From the human T2T-CHM13v2.0 reference genome, Homo sapiens: a stretch of 64,000 nt of DNA. Where the stretch lies: NCBI RefSeq assembly GCF_009914755.1, contig NC_060937.1. One strand, given 5' to 3'. Position numbers and translations under genes: made by a program. Of the stretch, positions 1-15,345 are shown piece after piece. The notes under the pieces are model-generated. The model did no database searches and was not told where the DNA came from. It saw only the letters and a program-made list of their open reading frames with translations. The stretch's first letter is position 1. Every line of letters begins with the position of its first letter.

Positions 1-1777
<1,777 letters not shown>

Positions 1778-1937
1778 TAGGCATCAACATCAATGAGTTT
1801 CTATTTTCCTCTTCATCTCCCTTATCACCTCCCATAGTTTAGTTTTATCACCTCTATTTTGTCAATACATATAGCATTTGCATATTAGTTTTCCAGTCTC
1901 ACCTATGTTTCAGTCATTTACATATATGATTATGAGT

Positions 1938-1938
<1 letters not shown>

Positions 1939-1966
<28 letters not shown>
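1939..1966. repeat. (GT)n microsatellite
   Basis: Direct reading. Confidence 0.95.
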
Positions 1967-1968
<2 letters not shown>

Positions 1969-4009
1969 CCACCTTCACCATCACTGTTCTTGTTGAAGTT
2001 GTCCAGTTATCTTTTGGTTTGATGAAGCTCATCCTGTAGCAGATTACTGAAGAATGTGCTATGGACACACAAATCTTTAGACTCTTGTATGTTTAAGTTG
2101 ATGTTTGATGCACACTTAGATGGATATAAAATCCTTGATTTATACTTTTTTTTTTCATTAAGTTGATAGAGAACGCTGCTTCATTGTTGCCTTGCTTTTT
2201 TGGTTGTTTTATCTTTGAAATCTAATGGTTTTACTGGGATACATCTTGGTATTAGTTTTCCCAGATACAAAATGGATCCTTTCAAAATTAGACTCACCTA
2301 TTATTTTTCTATAAAGTTATCTTAATTATAACTTCAAATATTCATTCTATTCCATAGTTAATGCTGCTGTTGTTTTCTTCAATTACACCAATTATACAGA
2401 TGTTATTTCTTCTTTGCCTGCCTGTATTATATTTTCTTATTATTTCCTCATTGATGTTTTTTACTTATTTCTTTATCTCATTACATTTTCTTGTTTTTCT
2501 GACTTACTTTTCTACCTTTTATTACATTTCCATTTAAGTTATATCAGTATTGAAAAATACTGATCCTTTAGTGAATATTTTGATTGCTTTGATATAAGAA
2601 AAATAAGTGTATCCTCTGATATTTTTGGTTCTTTTTAATCTTACAGGACCATACATGTTCCCCTTTTGCTACTTTTGTCCTTTGTCATTCAATTTCTAAA
2701 AGGAGCCTACTCCTTATTTTTTGTCTTTTCTCTTTCCCAGGTGTTATATATTTTGAAGACTGACACATAAAATTCACATGTGCTTTTTAAGTTCTTTCTC
2801 TGTAGCCCTTTCTCTGATCTACCCAGGACCCATATTTAGTATTTTCAGTCTTACAGTGGAGTTGCTTATTCTGATAGTGTTTTCAGATCAATATTAGGCT
2901 TTTTCTAGCTCACTTTTCTCACTGTTTTATCTCAACCTGCCATTGCTGATCAATAAATGTTGCATGGAGTGAATGTAGGGCAGGAACAGAGATTCTTCAC
3001 TATAACTTTTAAATTTTTATTATTTATTTTTTACTTACTGTTATTTTGATATTTGAGTATTTTATAGTTAGGTTATGCCTGAGTGTATAGTTTTGTGTAA
3101 TCTTATTTTTCTTTCCTGTTTTTCTGTGTCATTTTTTGAGGAAATATTGGGAGACACAGGCCTAGGCAGCTGCCATAGTCCTTAGTCACATGGAAATCAA
3201 ATCAAAGGACTTAGAAGATTCAATTTACTTATTTGTGTTTGCCAACGTTGAAAACTATATAAGTTGAAAATCTTTAGAAATTCTAGATAAAATATAATAA
3301 ACATTTTTAAATGTCTATTATGATCTGCAGCAAAGTAAAGGAAATCTTCAGGGCTAGAAAACCAAGAGAGAATTAAAATCCAGAGCAGTAAGTTACAGAT
3401 CTAATTGCAGAACAATCCTCAACTGTAATTTTCCCTTATGAAACATAGAAATTTGGCTGTTAGAGTTTATTTTCAGAAGATGAGGCCTAGGGAAGAAAAG
3501 TGTTGCAAATGAAATCCCTGAATAATGCTACGACTGCTAACAAGACTACACCCTCAGTAAAAGGATAGTGTAGATAAAAAACCATCTACCAGCACAGGAA
3601 AATGGAAATATGTCTGTGTAAGCCTGTACCACATGGGGACTTCAAGTTCTGTGTATTCTGGAATAGCTAATCTGTGAAACCAGCATGATAGGAAGTCTCA
3701 TCTGGTGACACTTTGGGTCAGAGGGCACTTGGCAGAAGCAAATACAAACTTGATGTAAAGAATGATTCCCTTAATTTGGGCTACACAGGATTTTCACAGA
3801 CAATAGCTCTGCCAAAGGTGAGCTTATAATTCAAAACACAAACTTATGGGAAGCAATATGCCATGGATAATAAGCAGCAGGCAAAATAATAGCATTACTA
3901 GACTTCAAGAATTTCAGATAATTGAACAATCTGATAGAGCATTTGACATAAGTACGTTTCAGGTTCTCTACCTCCACTTAGAATGCTGTAAAAAAAATGT
4001 TACTGTCTA

Positions 4010-4173
4010 GCCAGGTGCAGTGGTGGGTGCCTGTAATTCCAGCTACTTGGGAGGCTGAGGCAGGAGAATCACTTGAACCCAGGAGGCAGAGGTTGCAGTG
4101 AACTGAGATCATGCACTGCACTCCAGCCTGGGAGACAAGAGTGAGACTCCATTTAAAAAAAAAAACAAAAAAC
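4010..4173 (+). mobile_element. Alu right-arm monomer (FRAM or truncated Alu)
   Basis: gccaggtgcagtggtgggtgcctgtaattccagctac...gagactcc followed by an A-tail; no left arm. Confidence 0.85.
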
Positions 4174-6711
4174 AATGCTACGCTACTCTCACCCTAATAA
4201 TAAAAAGTGGGATCATCTACAAAACCATGGCTTTCCTTGAGCCCATAAGAACATTCCAGTAGCAGGGTAAAGTAGGCAGAATTCAAAAAAGAGGCAAGCC
4301 TACCAAACAGAGCTGGAACACATGAGCTTTCTCATTTTTGGCCAAGCAGGAGGAAAACAGGTCACCACCATACAAGTGGGTAAGAAGTAACCACTGAATT
4401 TTTTAATAGCCAAGTGTGGGATATAATATGCATTTGAAAAATCCAGAGGCCCCAGGCACAAGGGGGCTTGCACTCACAAGGTCTTCTCCATAGGTCTCTG
4501 TAAGATGCTCACAGGAAGGACTGGGGCACAGCAGGGCCACAGAGGCATGTAGGGAATGATCACCCACAGCTGGGGACAGACAGGTGACCCCTCCCACTTT
4601 CTCAGTAGCTCTGAAGCTATAAAAGCCTCTTGCGGAGGGGCAGCAAAGCCTCTTATTCCCAAAGCACAAGCAAAGATCTATGACTTCTGGGGATAGGAGT
4701 AAAAGCAAAACTTTTCTGCCTCTAGAAGAAAGATGTTAAACTACCTTGGGGCCAGGATCCTTCACCATTACTAACAGAGAGCTGTTACCACAGGAAGAGA
4801 CAAGAAATACCACCCAAGACCAACCACTGTAAAAGGCAAAGTTTGGCTACTGAGAGAAGTGACATGGGTGCTGATCAAACAACACAGATTGCCTGAGAGT
4901 GAGGCTGGATAAGGACAAGTGAGAAATCCCCTGCCCATCACAGGCCTAGCAGGGAGTAACCAGTGAAGGGAGTATATCCCCTGAGGGAAGGGAAGAACTG
5001 AGAAAGAAACCCGCTCTGCCGTGCAGGTGTTCAGGGAAGGCTGAAGGCTAAAGGGAAATAGAAACACTACGAAAGTCTCTGGCCCCCTAGCTCATACTGT
5101 GAACACAAGGCAACAGCAGCACACTTCTGGAGGACTTTGATTCTTCGGTGCATTGAAGATGTCAATAGCCACAACTGATTCCAAGCCAGACCTACCTCTG
5201 ACAAAACTGGCTCAACCCCCATGCTAATGGCATGACGAAAGAAGAGGTGTGCCCATTTTAAGGCATAATACAGTTTACGTCAATCTCTACTGTGCTTCAT
5301 ACATGATGTCTGACATTCAATAAAAAATTACAATACACAAAAGGAAGCAAGAAAAATACCCATTATAAAGTAATAAACAACAGAACCAGACACAGAGATG
5401 TCCCAGATGTTGGAACTATCAGACAATGATAACTATGATTACTATGTTAAATAATCTAGTGGAAAATATGTATTAAAAGATGAGGAATTTCAGGAGAGAT
5501 ATGGAAATTATAAGAAGAGTCAAATGGAAATACTAGAAATAAAATACATAATTTCTTAAATTAAGAATTTCTTCCAAGAGCTCATCAGTAGACAGTGCAC
5601 AGCTAGGAAACAAAGTTAGCTATCTTGAAAATAGGTCAATAGAAATAAAAACTGAAACATAAAGGGAAAAAAAAGAATGAAAAAACACCATATTACCAAA
5701 GAGTTATGGGTAAATACCTCATTTCCTCACATACATATCATTGAAATCACAGAAAGATAAAGAGACGAGAGAGAGCAATATAGAGGGAGAAATCATGGCT
5801 GAAAATGCCCAAAAGTAATAAAAGTTATCAAACTACCGATCCAAGTATCTCAGAGAACACCAAGCAGGATACGTTTAAACACAGAGACACACACACACTG
5901 TAGGCATATCATATTTAAGTTGAAATTTTAAAAAGAGGGTATATTGAAGGCAGCTAGAAGGGAGAAAAGAAACACTTTACATAGAAAAAAACCAAGATAG
6001 GAATTACAGCAAACTTCATATCAGAAACTATATAATCTAGAGGACAGTGGAATGACATCTTTAAATGACTGAAAGAAAAAATTGCCATCCCAGAATTCTA
6101 TTCTCAGAGAAAATATCTTTTACATATGAAGACAAAAATAAGGATTATTTCAGACAAAGATAACACATCGTTAGCAGATCTGCAAAGTTAGAAATGTTAA
6201 ATGGCATTCTCCAGGCCAAAATGTGGATTGTACAAAGAAATAAAAAGTACCAGAAATAGTAAAAATGAAGTAAATATGAAAGACATTTTGGTACTGTTAG
6301 TTGAGATCACTTGAAATACAATTGAATCTCCAAAGGGAAAAGAAAGAAAGAAACATGCAAAAAAAAAAAAAAAAAAGTATGTCAACAAAGCAAAAAGGAG
6401 GGCAACTGGAGGTATGCCATTTAAAGGTTCTCACACTTTACATGAGGTGATAAATTACTATTTAAAGTTAGACTGCAATAAGTTAGAGATACATATTTGT
6501 AAAGCCTAGATCCAACACTAAAAATATTTAAGGTGTGAATAACAAATCAATAGAGGAAGTAAAATGAATATTTAAAAATACCCAATTAATTCAAAGAAGA
6601 CAAGGGGAAAAAGAAATAAAGAACAGACAAGGCAAATAGAAAACAGCTAGCAAGTTGGCAGTTTTTAATCCAAAAACATCAATAATTACCTTAAGTCTAA
6701 ATGTTTTACAC

Positions 6712-6744
6712 CAGGGGTTGTCAAACTATAGGCCAAGGGCCAAA
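6712..6744 (+). mobile_element. MER58-like hAT end fragment
   Basis: caggggttgtcaaactataggccaagggccaaat resembles a MER58 terminus; it is truncated by the adjacent L1 piece. Confidence 0.5.
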
Positions 6745-7250
6745 TATAAATATAGGAATATAAATCATTCTATTATAAAGACACATGCATGTGTCTGTTC
6801 ATTGCAGCACTACTCACAATAATAAAGACATGAAATCACCCTAAATGCCAATCATTGAGAGACTGGATAAAGAAAATGTGGTGCATATACACCATGGAAT
6901 ACTATACAGCCATTAAAAAGAATGAAATTATGTCCTTTGCAGGGACATGGATGGAGCTGGAGGCTATAATTTTTAGCAAACTAACACTGGAACAGAAAAC
7001 CAAATACCGCATGTTCTGACTTATAAGTGGAAGCTAAATGATGAGAACACATGGACACATAGAGGGGAACAAAAGTCACTGGGGCCTACTTGAGAGTGGA
7101 GAATGGGAGGAGGGAGAGGATGAGGAAAAATAACTAATAGGGACTAGGCTTAATTGCTGGATGATGAAATAATCTGTACAACAAACCTGGTGACACACTT
7201 TAAAACTTGGAGAAAAATAAATGTTTTTCTAGAAAACTTTAGAAAAAAAA
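6745..7250 (+). mobile_element. L1PA/L1PB 3' end fragment
   Basis: Typical primate L1 3' text (ataaagacacatgca...catatacaccatggaatactatacagccattaaaaagaatgaa...) followed by an A-rich tail. Confidence 0.88.
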
Positions 7251-7869
7251 GAAGAAAGAAGAAAATTGAAGTGGCTATGTTACTATCAGACAAAGTTGAC
7301 TTCAAAACAACATTATCAAAGATAAAAGGAAAACTAGATCATTTTAGAAGGGTCAGTTTCTTAGGAAGACACACAATAAACTCAAATATCTATGCACTAT
7401 CCACCACAGAGCTTCAAAACAAGTATGAAGCCAACCTTGATAGAAATGAAAGTAAAAGCAGACAAATCTATAGTTACATTTGGAAACTTTAGCACTCTTT
7501 TTCAGTAATTGATAAAAGAAATAGACAGAATAAGGACATAAAAGGCCAAAACAACATTTTTAGCCAAATTACTCAAATTGACCTTTTATAGAACACAATC
7601 CACCCAGCAACAGAAGAATGCATATCTTTACAAATGCTCTTGGAACATTCACCAACATCCACCATCTTTTTGACCACAAAACAAACTTCAACAAGTCTAA
7701 AATAATTAAAATCATGCAAAGCATGTTATCTGCACACAACAGAAATAAACCAGAAATCAATAATAGAAAATGATGTGGGGAAATCCTCCAAATATTTGCA
7801 AATTATGCAACACACTTCTCAATAACCCAATGCGCAAAGAAGTCACAAGGGAAATTCAAAAATGTTTAA

Positions 7870-8371
<502 letters not shown>

Positions 8372-8499
8372 TTAATTAAATGAAAAGGAAAACACAACAT
8401 GTCAAAAGTTGTGGGATGCAACTGAAGCAGTGCTCAAATGGAAATTTATAGCATTAAATGCTTATGCTAAAATAAACATGCTTAAAATTATTCATGGCA

Positions 8500-9190
8500 T
8501 AGAAATGGAATTGAGAACAGAAAATATCAAGACACTGTGAAAAACAGGCAAAGTTGTCCAATACCAAAAAAGAACTAGGAGAAACAGAAACAAAAAAGTC
8601 ATTAAAATTCAAGATGAAGTGATGAGTGGAACAGCAGATCTGTCATAATTGAAAAAAAAGTAAATTGGAAGGTGAACCTGAGGCATAAAGAGCTATAAAA
8701 CCAGAGACCAGGAAACATAAAAGGTAAGAACCAACATCCCACAGGAGGGAATGGAGAGTGAGCAAGGGGCAGTGTTTGAAGGAATGATTATCAAGGCTAT
8801 CCCCATATCAGTGAAGAACATAATCCTCAGATTCAGGAATCACAGTATGTTCTAAAGGAAGAGAAATAGAAATGAAATTAGACATATCACTTGTAGAGCT
8901 GCAGAACTCCAAAATCCAAGAGACGATCTGGCAATCAACCTGAAACAAGTTAAGATTTCTAAAACAGAACGATTAGACTGTAAACGGTTATTTCCACAGA
9001 AAACAATAGAAGTCAAAAGACAGCAAATCATATCTTCAAACGATTTTTTTAAAAGCATGGCTATCAATGTAGAATTCCATACCCAGCTGAAGTATCTGCC
9101 AGTGAGAGCAAAATAGACTTTGCTGGAAAAGGCCAAGCGTTTCACATTGAGAGAACTTCGTTTTAAAGAAAACGTCATGAAGCATTTGAG
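8500..9190 (+). mobile_element. Very old L1 ORF1-region fragment
   Basis: A-rich decayed ORF1-like text (aatcctcagattcagga, gtagaattccatacccagctgaagtatc). Confidence 0.5.
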
Positions 9191-9989
9191 GCAGGAGAAG
9201 CAAGATGCAGGAGGCAGGGGTGAACAAAAGCCTGATAAATACGGGGTGAATCCGAACAAGGACCCCCCTGGGTGAAGCGGAGCAGCCCCTACCCGCCCGA
9301 AGGCACCGCATGTGACCAGCACTGCTCTTCCCTGTCTCCACCAGCATCTCTGCTGCACTCCAAAGAACCTAGGTGCATCCGTGGTGATGCTGCGTTGGGA
9401 GCATGAAGATTCCCCTGTCACTGCCGTCATTTCAATTCTGCGTTTAGCCTTCTCATCACACTGAAGTGGAGCTTCTGCTTCTTCCCCAGTTACGGCTTCC
9501 CTGCAGGAGTCTGTGGACTTCAGGATGCGTCAGGAATGAGAGCTGGCCCGGGCCAGGGAGGATCTGGATGATCTACTCGAATGAGCTGTTTCTCTGATGA
9601 GAACAGAATGACAGAACTTCACATATAGACAATGGCATTGTGTTGGGGGGCTTGGTGCTTTTCATTAAAAGAAAAATCCATCCTGAAATTCGAACCCTGC
9701 TTCCATGGCACAGGGTTAAAGAAATGGAGTCTGAATCTTACAAAGTGCCTCCTCTGGGACCCTCTACTGCCAATTATTGCTTTGCTTCCTCTCACCTCCT
9801 CCTCCAGCCTGAGTTATGCCTTTTAATTTTTACCAAAAGCCAAATGGAAGTGTCCAGGCAGCTCCTGATTTAGCTCAGCTCCTAAGATGACAGGAACACA
9901 AGAGGCAGGGCCGGTGGCGTGGTCTCCTGGGCTGAGAGCTGTCTGTTCATGCTGTCTCAGTACCTGCTGCTCTGGGCTGCAGGTATTTC

Positions 9990-10106
9990 TCGGTACATCC
10001 ATATCCCCCCATGGGAACAAGGCTTCCTGAATGAGAGAGTGCACCCTCCATGCCGACCCTAGCACCTTGCCTTGAGTAGGTGTTTGTTGAATGAATGAAT
10101 GAATGC
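9990..10106 (+). mobile_element. L2 3' end fragment
   Basis: Ends in gagtaggtgtttgttgaatgaatgaatgaatg, the characteristic L2 tail. Confidence 0.6.
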
Positions 10107-10749
10107 ATAGACACTGAGGAGAATGTGAAACCTTGACCCTTATTTGAGCAGAGGACTGGAGAAGATGCTTCTGTGAGAATGTAAAGGAAAAACCCCTTGG
10201 ATTCATTAACATGGAGGATCCCACAAAGTCCTAGTGACCTTACCAACAACTCAGATGCAACCTGACAGGACAGCCATGTGCCACAGTGGCGTGGGCGCCC
10301 GGATCCAAGGGTGCGCACAGGCTCCCCTGCAGGGTGACATAGGCCAGGAGAACATTGCAATAGAAACAGATGTGAGTCAGAGGGCATGAGTTGAAAAAAA
10401 AGTTGAAGAAAAGATGGGGAAAACCATTTCTCCATGTTTACTGATGGCACATGACAAGGATAAATTGTCTGAAACAGAAAAGATGGACCATGAAGCCGAT
10501 ACAACTGGAAGGAAACATGCCTTCTCCCTGGTAGTTAGGAAATGGGATGGCTTCCCCTCAGCTCGGCCCGGCCGCTGGAGCCAAGGTTGGGAGTGCCCTG
10601 ACTCTGCTCCCAGTTTTCAGGCAGCGCGAGGCCACCCAGGATGGGCCATAAAGTCCATTTATTCGATTGGCACCAACATTTGAAAAAGAAGAACAGAATA
10701 AAGACAGAGTGTAAGTATGAAACCGTTTTGTTTTCACCAAGAGTGGAGG

Positions 10750-10825
10750 CAGAGAGAGAGAAGACAGAGAGAGACAGAGAGAGAGAGACAGGGAGACAAA
10801 GAAGATGTGTGAGAGAGAGAGAGAA
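10750..10825. repeat. (GA)n-rich simple repeat
   Basis: Direct reading. Confidence 0.85.
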
Positions 10826-12261
10826 GCTCTCACAGCGTAACATGATTTTTTTGTGCCCTGGTTGAGAGCTAAAGAAAAGGATGGTGCAGCTCTGGGGGAC
10901 ACATTGTCTCTGCAAATCTCTGAGGTCTGGGAGATGCAAAGCACCCTCTGCCTCCCCACCCTCCATGGCACTGGAGGCTGGGCCCACATCACGGGTCCTA
11001 GAGTGGACAGCACCAGAGTTCCATCTGCCAGGTCTGGGATCCCCAGGGAACTGATTTGATTTCAGCATTGTATCCTTAACAAACAGTAGCCCCATGCAGG
11101 CACATGTCACTGTGTTCATATGTTTAGTCACTACTGGTTCCCTAGGGCTGCCATACAAAGTACTTAAATGGAAATGTATAGCATTAAATGCTTGTATTGA
11201 GTTAATTTGCATATATGGTGTGAGGTTATTGTTGTTTTGGTTTGATTTGTTTTGGTTTGGATTTTTGCATATTCATGTCCAATTGTTCCAACATCATTTG
11301 CTAAAAAATTCAACTTTCTCTCTTGAGTTGCCTTAGCATATTTGTCGAAAATCAGTTCATCATATATGTGCAAGTCTGTTTCTGGACTTTTTATTTTGTT
11401 TTGTTGATGTAAGACCTGTTCTTCCTCATTGCCCACTTCATTGTCTTGGTTACTGTATGTTGATCACAGGTTTGAATTTTCCAACTTTGTTCTTGATTTT
11501 CAAAATCAATCTGGCTATTCTAGTGCCTTTATCTTTCTGTATAAATTTAAGAAACAGCTTATTAATGTCTACAAAAAATTCTGCTAGGATTTTAATTTGG
11601 ATTGCTACAAATCTATAGATCAATTTGGTAAGATCTGCCATCTTAACAATTTCCAGTCTTCCTACCTATGAGCAACTCCACTTATTTAGATCTTTGCTTT
11701 CTTTCACTTTTCGTAGTTTTTAGCATAAAGATCTGGCATATATTTTATTAGGTTTATACATAAGTGTTTAGTAGTTACTGATATTATTATAAATGGCACT
11801 TTTTCAAATTCAATATCCAGTTATTCATTTTTAGTATACATAGAAATATTATTGCTTTTGTATATTGACTTTATAACCCATAACCTTACTAAACTCACTC
11901 TTTAGTTCCAGTAGCATTTTTGTAGATTCTTTTGGATTTTCTACGTAGAGGATCATATCACCTGGGAATCGTTTGTTCTTCCTTTCCAACATATATGTCT
12001 TTTGTTTCTTTTTCTTGCCCTGTATCACTAGTTAGGATCTCCAGTGCAATGTTGAATGTTGAATAGGAGTCATAAGCACAGACATTCTTTCATAAGAGTG
12101 AAAGCATTTGGTCATTTGCTAGGAAGGATGATGTTAGCTGCAGGGATTTTTTATACATTCCTTTTGTTGGGTTGAAGAAGTTGCCTTCCATTCCTAGTTT
12201 GCTGAGAGTTTTGTTCATAAATGGAGTTTGAATTCTGAGAAAAGTTTTTTCTGAATCTATT

Positions 12262-12472
12262 CTGAGCATAGCAAATATTTTTTGTACAAAGTCAGACAGT
12301 AAATCTTTCAGTCTTTGAGGGCAATGTGGGCTCTGTTCCTCGAGCCTGCCACGGGAACACAAAAGCAACGTGAACAGTGTATGAAAGAATGAGCATGGCT
12401 GTGTCCAAGGCAGCTTTATTCACTAAAGCAGGTGCGTCCACAGTTGACCATTAGCCGCAGCTTGCAGCCCTG
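12262..12472. mobile_element. MER58A-like hAT element inside L1
   Basis: gcaaatattttttgtacaaagtcagacagtaaat...gaatgagcatggctgtgtcc...gctttattcac...cctg; interrupts L1 text. Confidence 0.7.
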
Positions 12473-13426
12473 CATCTGTTGGGATGGTCACTTGGTTTTA
12501 CTTTATTCTGTTGATGAGGAGAATCACATGTGATTGATTTTTGACCCACTTGGTCATTATATTGTTGGATTTAATTTGCTGAAATTTAATTCAGAATTTT
12601 TGCATCTGTATCCCTGGGGGACATTGGTCTGTGGTTTGTTGGGTTTTTAATGCTTTTCTCTAGCTTTGGTTTTAAGGTAATAATGGTTTCATAGAAATGG
12701 GTTGGGAAGTAGTCTCTCTTCTTGAATTTTCTAGATACATTCATATGAAATGAATATTATTTCTACCCAAAATGTTTGATAGCATTTATCAGTGAAGACA
12801 TCTGGGCCTATATTTTCTTTATGGAAGGGTTTTAACTACAATCTTAATTTATTTAATAGATAGAGAGCTATTTTGTGTATTTATTTCTTCTTTAATAAGC
12901 TTTGATAATTTGGGTCCTTATGGGAACTTTCTCATTTCACCTAAGTTGGCAAAGTTATTGGCAAAAGTTTTTCACAATAGTTTTTTTTTATTCATTTTCA
13001 GTGTCTGCAGGAACTGTAGTGATAGCAATTCTCTAGTAATTTGTATCTTTCTAAAAATCCTATCAGTCTGATTTGAGGTTCATCCATTTTATTGATCTGC
13101 TCAGAGAACCAGGTTTTTTGTTTCATTTTCCTCTATTTTGTTTTTAATTATAGTGATTTCTTCTCTTAACATTATTTTCTTTCCTCTGCTTATTGTAAAT
13201 TTTATTTCCCCTTTTTTCTAACTTTTTGATGTGAATACTTAGATCATGGGTTTGAGACTTCTCATGTTTTCTAATAGAAATGTTTAGTGATTTCCTCTAA
13301 GTATCACTTTTATCTCATCCCATAAATTCCAATATGTTGTGTTTTTATTTTCATCCAGTTCAAAATACTTTATCATTCACCTTTTAAATTTCTTCTTTGA
13401 TCCATAGGTTGTTTAGAAGTGTGCTA

Positions 13427-13743
<317 letters not shown>

Positions 13744-14229
13744 AGAAGTGTGCTATTTAGTTTCAGATATTTGGAGGTTTTTTCCAGATACCATAATTTT
13801 ATTGATTTATAATTTAATTTTATTTTGGTGAGAAAATATATGTTATATGGCATGATTATTGTTAAATGAATTTTAAAACTTTAAATATAGCCCAGAATAT
13901 AGTGTGCTTTAGCAAATATTCCAAGTGTTCCTGAAAAGTATGTGTATTATACTGTTAAGAGGTGGACTGTTCTATAAATGTCAATTAGATCAAGTATGCT
14001 AAGTAGACTTGTTCAACTCTTCTATATCCTTATTAAATTTCAATCTACTTGTTCAGTTGATTATGGAGAAAGCACTGTTGAAATCTCAAACCATAATTGT
14101 GGATGTGTTCATTACTCCTTTTAGTTCTAGCAGTGTTTCCTTCATGTACTTTGAAGCTCTCTTATTTGGTGAATAAACCTGTAGGATTGTTATGTTTTCT
14201 TGGTGAGTTATCCCTGCAACAAGACTCTT

Positions 14230-14533
14230 GGCCAGGTGCAGTGGCTTGTGCCTGTAATCCTAACACTGGGAGTCTGAGGCAACAGGATCACTTGAGCCCA
14301 GGAGTTCAAGACCAGCCTGGGCAACATAGCAAGACCTCATCTCTACAAAAAATAAAATATTGGCTTGGTGTTGTGACACACACTTGTAGTTTCAGCTACT
14401 CAGGAGGCTGAGGCAGGAGGATGGCTTTAGCCCAGGAGGTCATGACTGCAGTGAGCCAAGATGGTGCCACTGCACTCCAGCCTGGGTAACAAAGTAAGAC
14501 CCCATCTCAAAAAAAAAAAAAAGAAAGAAAGAA
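14230..14533 (+). mobile_element. AluJ
   Basis: J-type text ggatcacttgagcccaggagttcaagaccagcctgggcaacatagc and ggaggatggctttagcccaggagg; A-tail. Confidence 0.9.
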
Positions 14534-15297
14534 ATGACTCTTTTATTCCTAGTAATATTATTTGCCCCTAAATATACTTTGAGATTTAAGTAACTATTTT
14601 ACCTTTCTTTTGATTGGTATTAGCATGTCTTATCTTTGTCTATCATTTTACTTTTAACCCATTTGTGTCTTTAGGGGGGTTTCTTATAGACAGCGTATGG
14701 TTGGCTCTTGCTTTTTTATCTAATCTGACATTCTATGCTTCTTGAACATATGGTATACAGTTTTATAAAAACATTTTTAATACTTTTGCTTTCTAATTCT
14801 ACTCTCATGTCATTTCTGGGTCAATTTTGATTAATTTTTCTTCTCATTGTAGATGATATTTTATTGCTTATTCACATACCTGGTCATTTTTGTTTGAATG
14901 CCAGACATTGTGAATCTTACTTCATTATGTGTTAGATAGTCTTGTATTTTTAAAACTATTATTGAGCCTGTTCTTTTACCCAGTTAAGTTACTTTAAAGC
15001 AGTTTGGTCCTTTTGAGGCTTGCTTTTATGCTATATTAAATGGGACCAAGCAGCATTTATTCTAAGTCTACTATTCCCCACTACTGAAGCAATGTAATTC
15101 TGTGTACTCAATTTCCTGTGTATTATGAGGGTTTTTTAAAATGTTTTCTGACAGGAACCCCACTTATTTCTGGCCTGTGTGAGCTCTGGAAATTGTTCTG
15201 CCTGTTCAGTTGTGTGGTCCTTTTTCCATCCTTGAGTAGTTTTCTTACAGCCATTCATTGGCCAGTAATCAGCTGAAGGCTCAAGGCATCCCTTGCA

Positions 15298-15304
15298 TCT
15301 CTCT

Positions 15305-15344
<40 letters not shown>
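15298..15344. repeat. (CT)n(GT)n compound microsatellite
   Basis: Direct reading. Confidence 0.9.
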
Positions 15345-15345
<1 letters not shown>

